A model generated the notes under the pieces. The model was not told the origin of the DNA. It was given only the letters and a program-made list of their open reading frames with translations, and did no database searches. Positions 32,973-45,051 of a DNA stretch of 64,000 nucleotides are shown one piece after another (position 1 is the first letter of the stretch; each line of letters starts with the position of its first letter). This DNA comes from Malacoraja senta (lineage: Eukaryota), in assembly GCA_038087875.1 (NCBI GenBank), contig JAXLNO010002060.1:1-64000 (forward strand), given 5' to 3'. Made by a program: the position numbers and the translations under genes.

Positions 32973-35900
32973 GTGTATATATGTACGCATACATATATTC
33001 AAGAGGGAAATCCGGTCAGTTCAGGACACAGAGGTCACAATCTGATGATCAGGCTTCAAGTTGAGATGAAGAGCGATTACTTCTCCCACAGAATGATGAA
33101 GGTGTGGAATGTTATACCACTGGAAGCAGTTGAACACAGATCATTGAATTTATACAAGGAGTTATATGTTATTTGTATGGTCAAAGGATCAGAGAAATAA
33201 AAGGATCAAGGTATAAATTTTAGGTCACAATTGATCACATGGAATAATAGTTGAGGCTCAAATGCCTGAATTCCTATTACTTTTATATTCTGCATTTCAA
33301 CATTTTTGTATTTATCGTGGCCACATTTCCTCTGCATCGAAGAACATGATAACTGGGATGCTTAAAAGGAACTGAGACCCTGGTGCCAATGCCTTTTTGC
33401 AGCTGCATACATTGGTTTGGTGTTCATAAAGCGAGGACAAATCAGAAATAATTTTCTGAACACGCCATCCATTGCTATTTCAATGTGCTTACCCAAGATA
33501 CAAAAAAAAATACTATATTAATCTATATTAAAAAATGTTTGGATAAAATAAACAAAACACGGTCATCGAATGTCCCTGGGTAAGTTGTCCACCCCCTGCC
33601 CTCCACCCCTTTGAGAAGTGGCTGAAGGGAGATATTAAAATACATAAAGCTTTTAAATGAATCACTATGGTGAAAACTTTTCCACCATAAAATCCAGCAG
33701 GGAATTCGACAGAGAATGCTCCCTCTCCTCCCCTCCCACCCAATACAGGTGAGAATGAGGATCCAGATCAATGAATTGCATTCAGGGGAAGGCTGGGCAA
33801 ACACAAAAGAGAAAAGAATAGTCGGTTCTACATTGGAGAATCCAGCATAGACTTGCCAACCATGTTGCAGATCGCATAAGGTGGGAAGAGGGTCATGTGG
33901 ACCATATGCACCAGTATTGGCAGGATCGGCAGAGTGGCCTGTTCCTACACACTTGTCTCCACTACAACCTTGTATTACTTTGACTGCCAATTCATTTTTG
34001 ATCATTTTGTTCCCATTCATTCTTTAAAAAATACAAAATCAACTTTGACGTAAGAATACTGTGATTGATGCTGTTGCAAATAAATGGAGGCCTTACATTT
34101 TCTTAACAACAATTTAATTTTGCGCCTTGCATATTATATCTTTCATATTATATCTTGCATATTCCATATATCTTGCCTTTACTTGGCAACATGAAGCCAC
34201 TATAAAACAGGGTGCAATCCAATGTGTTTACTTGGATTTCATGCCAATCTATTTCCAAAAATCTTATACGCAATGGTCTATTCATCAAACACATTCTACA
34301 GGCAACTATTATTAGGTGAAATCTCAAGACCAGAACGTACCAAATGAGCCACATAAAATGAACTTGATCACTGTGCCACCAATCACTGTGGACAATTTTA
34401 TATTCATATGGATGATAAATTCTTTGCATTAGATTAGAAATGTACAAAGTACAAACAATCAAGACTTTTGACATCAAATAACCAAGCGTTATGTAACAAC
34501 ATTTATTGGTGCTGTGTCTCAGACTAAATGCAGTGTTAAAACAAAATATATTCTATCCAATAATGACTGTAGCTAATGGAATCAGCAACTAAAAACAGAA
34601 GACTGAAAGCATTCAATGGCTCAAGCAAAATTATTGGGACAAATGGTTGATGTCACAAATAGGGTCAAGAACCTGCACCAGGCCTGTGAGGGAAGAGGAT
34701 GAATTGCCAATATATAGCAATCAGGGAGGGATAGGACAGAGGCTGGTAGATCAAACGTAGAACCAGGTGGGGAGAGGATAATGGGTGGATGGAAACAGGT
34801 AGGAGAGGAGGAGGAAGAGGTGAACAACAGGAGAATAAACTGTTCAAATGAGACAGAGGTTCACTTGCATCTCTTTCAACTTTCTATACTGCAATCATTG
34901 CTCACACTGTGGAGAAACTAGCTTAGATGTCAACCATTTTGTACAGCACATCCCTTTGAAGTAAAGATCATCCTGAGATCTGTTGTATGGTATTTTAATA
35001 CCCCTTCCCACTCACACACTCACCCATCTGTCGTTAACCTTGGGCACAGAAAGTTTTAAGTAAAATATCTGATAATCCACCTGGGTAACTTTATATGAAT
35101 ATAAAGTTTTCACATTTCAGCTTATCCATACCACTGGTGTTCATTTGTTCTCCCACAACCACCCATACACCAAATTTGCTCCATCTGCCCATCATCCCCT
35201 CCCCAGCTGATTTTACTTCGGAGTCACGTGAGTGACTACGTGAAGAAGCCCCGTCCAGCCGCACACGCGTCATTATCGATCAGACGCATAGCGTTCATGA
35301 CCGTGTGTGGAGGAGCAGGAGCTCCTCCAGCCGGTGAGTAAAACAAAAGTCGGAAGGTAAGTGAGTTACTTTTCACTTACAGGAGCGTTTCCTTCCCGTT
35401 TAGACTTGTTTGGTGGAACTCCACACAAGTTTATTATGGAGAAATGGGAAGGAGAGTCGGCCAGGGACGCACTGTAGTAAAACCCCAGATCCTAAGGGTA
35501 GCGGGCGTCAGTCAGGGGAGTCAGTGGCAGCGAAGCCATTAACTCCAGTTGTGGTCGAATGTGCGTTAAACCGCCGCGGGCGGGGCGCAAGGCAAAAATC
35601 GGCCCGACCTGTAGACTCGGATGAGTCAGACCCGGAGGTATGCCCTCCTGAGGCAGGAAAGAGTATTACACTGCAAGGGTCAAAAACGTTATAACTCCTT
35701 ATGGGGCAGATGATTTGTAAAGAACCCCCACAGGAGGATTTAAGTCGGTGTTAGCCAATGAAGTATAGCACAGGAGGTGCCTTGGAACAGGCACAAGGGT
35801 GGCCTACAGGAGAGCCATCAGTGCCTGTGCAGAAACATTAAAGAGGTTGGCCTACAGGAGAGCCAGTGCCCCAAAATGCCATAAAAAAGGCAAGTTATGT

Positions 35901-36795
35901 GTTGGCCTATTGGAGAGCCAGTACTAGAAATGCCTGAACTAAAGGCAGCACAAACGTGCAATGATAAATGTGCCAGCACCGACAAATATAAAGTGTAAAA
36001 ATAATGAAGCGTTGGCCTAGAATTGAGCCAGCGCCAGCAGCACCTGAAGCAGGGCTGCCTGTCCGTGGGCCTACAAGAGAGCCCGCGCAGGGGGAATCTG
36101 GCAGAGACTTACCTGAAACAGGTGAGCCAGAAATTACCCAACATAAAAATGAATATTTAAATTTAGATGATGATTTAAATGAGGACCAGAGCCCATTATC
36201 AGAGCCAAAAATGTTCCAAGGCTGGCACAAAACTTTGCTGTTCCCAGAGTAACAGGGGAACCTTTGAGAGAGGAAATAGCTATGACTATAAATTATCTAC
36301 TCTCCCATCAGCCCCAGGAATTAACCATGGATGAGACAAAAAAAATATGAGACCCGGGAAATTGTAGCAGTTACAGCAGTGAATAAACTTGATATGGGTA
36401 ATTTGAGCAGTGGTTTACGCTCACAAGAATTGAAATTACACAAGTGCTGAAATTTCTGGGGTCAGTGGTTTGGATGAAGGTTATATATCGTATTCACAAC
36501 AAAATGCCTTAGCACTCATGTGTAGTGCGCACTTTGAAATAAATTGTATTCATAAAAATGCAATAAGACCAAATATTCATCCTAAGTATGCAGGCTCTGC
36601 AAACCATCCAATATACAAATGCCTAAATCTGTTTTGGAGAAAATCTAACAAAGAAACTAAAGGATCACCTATGCTGAGCAGAGCGGTGAGAAGGCAGTAT
36701 CCCTACAGGCGAAATGTGGTGCTGGAGAAGGAACAATCCTATCATTCTCGTATACACGTTGACATGCTGCACCGAGGATACGTGGAGGTTACAAT

Positions 36796-38308
36796 GTGCC
36801 TACTAGAAGGGGACAACAACTGCCGGTGGCAAACCCCGAGGTTAGGGGGCTTGGTCTGGTAAGAAACACAACAAATGTTTCACACTCACAAATAGGGGGA
36901 AGGTTACGATTCTTCCTAAAAGAATGGCAATCAATAACAAATGATTCATTTATTCTATGTAGCATTGTTGGATTCAAAATTGAGTTCTCTCCACTTTTGG
37001 ATCCTCCAATTCAGCATAATTCAAACTGGTCACAGATTTTTTTCAAAGGAAGAGAATGGGTTGATCAAAGGAGAATTGAAAAATGTTATGCAGAAAAGGA
37101 TGATATAAATGTCAGTAGAACAACACCATCAGTTTGTGTCAAATATTCTCCTAGGAATATTCTCCTAGAAAAGGGATGGTGGACGTAGAATCATTTCCGA
37201 TCTGACAAATCTTAACCTTTATGTACAATAGAAACATTTCAAAATGGAAACATTTACTAATGCCATTTAGCTAGTCACAAAGAATTGCTACAAGGCAAGC
37301 ATAGATCTGCAAAATGCATATTATTCTGTGGCAATGCATGGTAATGATCAAAGATATTTGAAATTTAGATGGATGAGTCAGTTATGGCAATTTAAAGCAT
37401 TGCCCAATGGTCTGATTTCAGCACCAAGATTATTCACTAAATTGCTCAAACCAATTTTAGCTCTGTTAAGAGCTGAGGGCCATGTATTAATGGCTTATTT
37501 AGATGATATCCTCATTGTAGGGGACACTTTGGCTGCTGCAAAATTGTCAGTATCCAGTCAAATACATTTTGAGAAATTAGGTTTCATTATTCACCTACAA
37601 AAATCTAAATTGTTACCAAGCAAAAAGATTGATTAGCTAGGGTTCACAATTAACTCCGAACACATGGTAATCACTTTGCCAAAAGATAAAAAGCTGCAGT
37701 TAATTGAAGGTTGCATAAAACTCATTAACGAGGACACATCTTCAATTAGAGAAGTGGCAAGCTTGCTAGGCAAATTAATTGCAGGGTTTCCAGCGGTCAC
37801 ATTTGGACCATTGCATTATCAATGTTTACAGAGAGCTAAGGTACAAGCGTTAAAAATGAATAGAGGGCATTTTGACAGGCCCATGAAATTAACAATTCAA
37901 TCCATTACAGAAATAGAATGGTGGATTAACAATGTTTCTAATGCTTCCAGAAAAGTTCTGGTAGAAACACCTTCCGTCACTCGACAGACTGATGTAAGTG
38001 CGCTGGGTTGGGGCGCTACTAACATGATTTCCAGCTGTGGAGGTAGGTGGAATGTGAATGAAGTACCTTTGCTGGAAAAACCGGGAATCAATTACCTAGA
38101 GCTATTAGGCGCATTTTACGGCCTTAGAGCTTATTGCACTGATATGGGAAATGTGCATGTTCAGGTACAGGTTGACAATACTACAGCTGTAGCATACATA
38201 AATCACATGGGTGGTATAAAATCAGAATCATGTGATAAATTGGCAAATGAAATTTGGACCTGGGGTATTGCCAGAAAAATGTGGCTGTCAGCAATATTTA
38301 CCAGGTAA
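36796..38308 (+). pseudogene. DIRS RT-RNase H, broken by stops and frameshifts
   Basis: GGRLRFFLKEW, QFKALPNGLISAPRLFTKLLKP, AYLDD, TDVSALGWG, INYLELL, VDNTTAVAYINHMGG. Confidence 0.9.
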
Positions 38309-38727
38309 AAATTAATACAATTGCAGACAAAAGATCACGTAAATTTAATGATAATACAGAATGGATGTTAAATCGGAAAATATTCACACAAATTATCACA
38401 CAATTTGGAATGCCAGAAATTGATCTGTTTGCATCAAGATTGAACCACCAGTTGCCTAAGTATGTGTCATGGGAACCTGATCCTGGAGCAGTAGTGGTGG
38501 ATGCTTTCTCGCTACATTGGGGTGGTATGTTTCTGTATGTTTTTCCACCATTTTGTTTAATCCACAAATGCATACAGAAAATTAAACAAGATTCAGCCTC
38601 AGGGATTTTGGTAGTACCAGATTGGCCTACACAGGTGTGGTACCCACTGGTGTTAAAAATGGGGAAAAAAAACCCAAAACCCTTATGGTTATTCCAAAGC
38701 AGATTAAACTGCTTGTACACCCTGTGA
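38254..38727 (+). pseudogene. DIRS adenine-methyltransferase-like (MT) domain
   Basis: PEIDLFASRLN...DAFSLHW...YVFPPF...VVPDWPTQVWY directly after RNase H, the standard DIRS position. Confidence 0.8.
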
Positions 38728-38770
38728 CTAATGAATCACATCCTTTACATAATCGTATTGGTTTGTTGAT

Positions 38771-39634
38771 TTGCAGATTCTAAGAAGGCCATATCTTGGA
38801 AAAAGATTATCAGACTGTACGGTGGATGTTATGACAGCAGCCTGGAGGAATAGTACCCAGAAGCAGTACATTTCCTATATAAAGAAATGGGAGGTGTTTT
38901 GTTCAGGAAAGAATATTGCATATAACACAGCAGAAATTTCAGATGTAATAGAGTTTCTTTCAACTCTACACTATGAATTGAAATTAAGTTATAGTGCAAT
39001 TAATACTGCACGAAGTGCACTCTCTGCATATTTAAGCAGTGAATCAGAACAAACTCCAATTGGAGCACATCCTTGGGTCTGTAGGTTTATGAAAGGAATT
39101 TTCAACTCAAATCCTCCCAGACCCAGGTATACAGAAATTTGGAATGTAAAAGATGTACTGATGTTCCTAAGGAATTGGAATCCAGTTGAAACTCTGTCAT
39201 TATCCAAAATTACCATGAAATTGGTTATGCTCATGGCATTAGTTTCAGCACAGAGAGTTCACACATTACAGAAACTCAGAATTGATAGAATGAAAGTAGG
39301 GCAAAATGCCGTGACATTCTATGTCTATGATTTACTGAAGCACAGTAGACCTGGGTTCACAGGATGCAAGTTGGAATTTTTAGCATATCCTACAGATCCA
39401 CGACTGTGTGTAGTAACATATGTGAAATGTTACATAGAAACAACAAAAGTTTTAAGAGGCGCCGAATTGGCATTTTTTACTAGTCATAAAAAGCCTCATA
39501 AGAAAGTGTCAACACAAACAATTTCACGATGGTTGAAACAGGTGTTGAGATATTCAGGTATTGATACTGATAAATTTAAATCTCATTCCACCAGGGCGGC
39601 ATCAACATCAGCGGCCAGGGATTCAGCGTGCTAA
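38771..39634 (+). pseudogene. DIRS tyrosine recombinase, prematurely stopped before the catalytic Tyr region
   Basis: SAINTARSALS, SAQRVHTL, KHSRPG, KSHSTRAASTS; the remaining AAGW...KYYHK segment lies past the stop in another frame. Confidence 0.88.
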
Positions 39635-40597
39635 TAGACCTTATTCTCGTGGCCGCAGGATGGGCAAGTGAACAGATGTTTCACAAGTATTACCACAAGG
39701 AGATTAAAGATCTCAGAGGGTTTGGTAATGCCGTGCTGGATACAGTATTAAATCCCCCATTATAATAAATGGGCCTAATTTTGTTACTTTTATTAAAATA
39801 AATAAAACCATTAACTGATTACATTCAAATGTTGTGGTTATGCATTGTTGATTGTGCTTACTCAAATAGAGTCAATCGATGCAGTGAACACCTGGATTTG
39901 AATCCACGGTGTGAAATCACAGAGCTTTGAAATCTTCACGTAGTCACTCACGTGACTCCGAAGTAAAATAGTAAGATTAAACGAGAACTTACCAAGTTTG
40001 AAGCTTGATCTTTATTTTATGAGGAGTAACGTTGAGGGATTACGTGCCCTCCGCTCCCACCCTCATAAAAGGATCAAGCTGGTAGTTCTAAGTCTTTATG
40101 CATCTTACTATCATACTTCAGTAATTATCGTCTGTGATTGTCACTCCGCTGCTTTGAAAGATTGACGCGTGTGCGGCTGGACGGGGCTTCTTCACGTAAT
40201 CCCTCAACGTTACTCCTCATAAAATAAAGATCAAACTTCAAACTTGGTAAGTTCTCGTTTAATCTTACTATTCCACCTGCCACATACCAGCCTCTGCCCC
40301 ATTCCTCCTTCAAACTGTTAGAATCTTCCCATCCTCTCCTTCAATTCTAATGCAGTGCCTTGCCTTGAAATGTTGGTATATGTCATTTGCCTCCACAGAT
40401 GCTGTTTGACCAAGTACTTCCACTGGCCTTTCTTTAGTCTAAAATTCTTGATGGAAATGACCACAAAGTCTTACTCTATCTATAATTGAAACCATTTAAT
40501 TGGTGCTTAGAGAGCTTTCTAAAATCATGAGGGCGATTGATCAGGATTTATTTTACCCAGGGTAGGGTAATCAAGAACCAGCAAAAACAGGTTTAAG

Positions 40598-40913
40598 CAG
40601 TGTTCAATGCTAATTTTTTAGGTGTCGGAGCTGTCAAACAGGGGCATTTCAGATTTTGCTGGGGGGGGGGGGCAAGCTAGTCTCCCTGGAGGGTCAAACA
40701 AGATTATAGCCTATTACTACATCCCAGTGTATAGCTAGTACATTAAAACATATAATACTTAATTTAATTATGACAAAATATTGCACGGTTGCACTCACTG
40801 ATTATCATGAAATATAATTATGAAGCAAGTAAAGAAAAAGACTGTTATCATGTATTTTTACAGAGGTGCCGGCAAGACACCGACTCACCCTGACTATCCC
40901 ACAGCTCTGGGCC

Positions 40914-40944
<31 letters not shown>

Positions 40945-41232
40945 TCACACACACACCCATTCACCTACACACCCACCCACCAGAGTTCCAGGCTCAGCTC
41001 CAGGCCCACAACCACAAACGATGCACACATCACATGGTCTGTCTCTGCTGTATCATAGTGTTCCCCTCCTCCTACAGGGAACCTCAGTAGTGATGGATCT
41101 TCCCCTTACCCCTCTTTTAATCAGGTTACCCCGACCACACATCCGCTAGTTAAAATTCCACCCTGTTTATTTGTTCTTTAACAGAGGTGCCGGATCGGTG
41201 CTCAGGTGAGCTCCGGCAGCACTGCACCCCTG
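40598..41232. mobile_element. Non-autonomous hAT-like DNA element inserted in a CR1 fragment
   Basis: 8-bp TSD GGTTTAAG at 40590-40597 and 41233-41240; termini CAG...CTG with imperfect TIRs; no ORF. Confidence 0.6.
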
Positions 41233-43593
41233 GGTTTAAGGTGAGGAGGAAGATTTAATAGGAACCTGAGAGGCAACCTTTTCTACTAAGAGGTTACTGG
41301 GTGTATGGAATGAGCTGCCAGCGAAGACAGAATAACAACATTGAAAAGACACTTGGACAGGTACATGGATAGAACATGTTGAGAGGAATGTGGGCCAAAT
41401 GCTGGCAAATGTGACTAACCTAAATGTAGCATCTTGTTCAGCTTGGAGCATTAGGCTGAAGTACCTACTTCCATGCTATATGGCTATATGACTCTTTGTT
41501 AGATGAACATAAACATGGCAAATGGAGTTTAATAATGGAAAATATGTGCTCACACACTTTGGTAAGAGCAATTCAAAGGAAGCTATTATCTAAATGGAGT
41601 GAGATTGCAAATGAGTGGAGTACAAGAGATTCAAGTGCTTAAAGTGCAAAACAAAAAGCCAGCAGGTAGATGCAGCACACAACTCAGAAGGTGAGTAGCA
41701 TTCAAAGGTAGGTTACTATTGTAATTATGGTACATGATGTTGCTAAGGACATATCAGGAGCACTGTGCACAGCTTGGTCCTCAAATTTAAGAAAGGATAT
41801 ATTAATATTGCATATCAGCTAGAAGAGATTTCTGGAATAAGCAAGTGTTGCCTAACCATGAATGGCTGAAATCACTGGTTCTGTGTCCCTTGGGGATGAC
41901 AAGAAACAGAGTTAACCTTATGAATGTATTAAAGAGGCATGATGTGGTGGTGAATTGATGGATAATGCGTGGATATATTCTAAAAGAACAGGGAATTGTG
42001 TCTTATGTGGAATAAGCACAGTAAAGGAGTTGAGGCATCAGTCATATCAGCTGTTATCAACATAAATTGCTAGATAGCTCTAATTTGTACAAATGCAGGG
42101 CAGTTTATTGAGAATTTCTGTCATGTTTGATAAACTTAATTGAACTCTTTCCATTTATTTCAGTTCCTGCATTTTAATCACATCCATGAAATCTTCTACT
42201 CAGCGATTGGTTAGCAGTGCACGTTCTGCTTTGGTTGAATATTTTGATAATCTGAGGAGGGAAATTAAATATTAGACAACAAAGAAATGGCATAGCAGAG
42301 AACAGAACTCAGAAAGATGCAACTACTTTATTCACTTTAACTGTTGATTCAACCCACATAACATCTTCCTTCCAGATATAAAGGCACAGTGCCAGACACC
42401 TGGGTTTGATCCTGACCACGGGTGATGTCTGTACGGAATTTGTACCTTCTCCCTGTGACTGCATAGGTTTTCTCCAGGTGCTCCAGTTTCCTCCCACATT
42501 CCAAAGACAGATGTGCAGGTTTGTAGGTTAATTGACTTGTGTCCCTAGCTTATGTGGGTGATCGTTGGTTGGTGCGGACTCAGTGGGGCCGAAGTGTCTG
42601 TTTCAATGCTCTCTCTCTAAACTAAACAAAAAACTCAATACTCCTTCAAATAGTTCCGTTCACACAAGTTCTATGTTATCTAACTTTCGCTTCCACACTA
42701 GGGTCAAATTACAGAGACCAATTAACCCATAAAACCTGGCATCTTTAGTATGTGTGTGAAAACTGGAGGACAGTGGAAACCCATGCGGTCATAGGGAATA
42801 CATGCAAACTTCACACAGCCGACAACCGAGGTTAGGATTGAACTGATGTGTATGACGCACTGAGGCAGCAGCTCTATCAGCAGCGCCACTCTGCCTCAGG
42901 TTGCGTCATGTTCAGCACAAACGTTGTTGGACAAAGGACCTGTTCCTCTATTACAGGGGCATTCCCATTCACCGTAAAATTCAGCGAACTCAGCACCATT
43001 GGGTCACTGGAAATATTCCCTGCCTGACCATCAGATCCCTCCAGATCAGTCAGACAGACACCAGTTAGGCAGCATCTGCCTGCAAATGATTCATGTCCCT
43101 CAAACCCCTCCATCTCCATGCACCACGAAGGTGCACCCCAGACGCCACCATCCCTGGCAGTGCTTTCCAGGCACACACCACATAGTATGTAATAAAAACT
43201 TGCCCTTTTAAAAACTGCAGCTTCTACCCTGCACTGAATATAATGCAATAAGTTAAATGCCATAGTAGGCATTTAGTTAATTGGGATAATTTTAGTCAAT
43301 TGGGAGGTGTGATTGCAAATCTTGTACAATATCATAAACCAAGTAAAATGTGACAAAGTCAAAATGGCCAGGCACAAAGAACAGAATAATCATGAACATC
43401 AATAACATGTCAATAACTAGACTCTCCTTGTGTAAGGCAGCATGCTGTAAGGTTGCAAACTCGTTTGCTCCCTTAACTTTTAACTTCCACTGACCACTCT
43501 TTCAATGTTACTGGTGACTATTTGACTTCAAGACACCGTCTAACTGTTCATAAAGTGTTGATAACACTTTTACACGCCTTAATCGTGAAAAGC

Positions 43594-44430
43594 ATGGAGA
43601 CAAGAAGGAAAGGAGGATCCCCAAAGAAGGAACTGGGGAAAGCCACAACCACAGCTGTAGCTTCTGATTCCAGCATCATAGAAGCAATATCGAAAATGAA
43701 CGATGAATTGAAAAATGAGCTGAAAAATGAAATGAAAACAAGATTTGGCAGTTTGGAAGAAATGGTGAAAGGAGTTTCGACCAAATTGAAGGAAGTCCAA
43801 GGAAAACTGTCTTTGTTACAAGATGAACTTCGTGAACAAAAGGATCAAATTGATATCTTGCGCACCCTGGGACAGGAGAGAGATTTGAAGATTGAAAAAT
43901 TGGAACGGAGAATGAATGAAAACACTCGAGCACTTCAGCAATACAGGTCTAAAAATATGGACTTAGAAAACAGAAGCCGTCGTTTGAATTTACGAATTGT
44001 TGGTTTGCCGGAAGGCCAAGAAGGAGATAACGTTATAAAATATGCTTCTAAAATGATAAAGGAAACATTCAACATTGAGCACAATGAAAACCTTCCGTTC
44101 CTGGAGAAGGCACACAGGATTGGGAAGAGATCCGGTAATAAACCGAGACACTTGATCATTCGGTTTCATTTTTTTCAAATGAAGAAGAATATTCTCCAGG
44201 CAGCAAAAAAGTTTGGTGTGGTTGAATACGAAGGATGTAAGTTTCGGTTTGTCCCTGATTATAGTTACGAGCTTTTGGAAATAAGAAAGACTTTTTATAA
44301 TGTAATGTCTGATTTGTATAAGAAAAAACTGCGCCCAGCTCTATTATCACCAGCTAGATTGCGTATTCGGCTTTTCAATGGTAACTTTCGATTTTTTAAC
44401 AGTCCTCAAGACGCCTCCAGCTGCGTCTGA
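43594..44430 (+). CDS. L1-C ORF1p
   Basis: METRRKG start, coiled coil, DLENRSRRLNLRIVGLPEG, AHR, FVPDYS, PARLRI. Confidence 0.85.
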   Translation: METRRKGGSPKKELGKATTTAVASDSSIIEAISKMNDELKNELKNEMKTRFGSLEEMVKGVSTKLKEVQGKLSLLQDELREQKDQIDILRTLGQERDLKIEKLERRMNENTRALQQYRSKNMDLENRSRRLNLRIVGLPEGQEGDNVIKYASKMIKETFNIEHNENLPFLEKAHRIGKRSGNKPRHLIIRFHFFQMKKNILQAAKKFGVVEYEGCKFRFVPDYSYELLEIRKTFYNVMSDLYKKKLRPALLSPARLRIRLFNGNFRFFNSPQDASSCV

Positions 44431-45051
44431 AGAGCTACGACGAGGAAGGGGAGTAATTGATAGCTGATTAAGTTATAATTGGAGATTTACTGTTCCTAAT
44501 TTGACAACATTTCGTTTCGTAATGATTAAGAATTTAACTGGACGAGTTGTTTTTCTTTTATATATATTCTTTTAAGAATTTCTTTGTTAATTCGTGTTCC
44601 CCTGTCGTTAGACAAACTAAGAGAACGCAGTTCTTGTTTTTTATATCTTGACCTTGGATAATAATAAGCAGCATTCCATGCCAGTCTGTATTTTTTTTTC
44701 TTCTCTCTCAAAGAGATAATAACGAATGTGTTATGACGTAGTGGTTAAATATTATTCATTTTATGCTGAGCGCTGTTACTGGGAGAGATGGGATTGGGGA
44801 GAGGATTAGGTAGTTTGCTGACTGTCTTTTGGTCAGTTTGGGGTTCTACAGGGGTGGGAGGGGGGAGGGGGGAGGGGGGAGGGGTCTTTTGTTCCCTATT
44901 TTGTGATCTCCATTTGTGCAAATTCTGAACTACAAAATTGGCTGAAATGTCGTCACCTGGCTCCGCCCTAGATTTTTCTTCTTCCAGTATTATGAACTTT
45001 TAGGCTTCAAGAAATTAACCCATTACATCCCACATGATTTTTACAAGCAAT

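Larger units (their letters stand above)
35211..40270 (+). mobile_element. DIRS1-type tyrosine-recombinase retrotransposon, full architecture, ORFs decayed
   Basis: Left terminus TTTTACTTCGGAGTCACGTG...; inverted copy of 35237-35272 at ~40162-40197; internal complementary region 39934-40046 is the complement of the 5' end fused to the complement of the 3' end; RT, RNase H, MT and YR remnants in order. Confidence 0.95.

Noticed and set aside
38254-38727. Possible horizontally acquired bacterial DNA methyltransferase
   Set aside because: It is the known MT domain of DIRS elements in its normal position.
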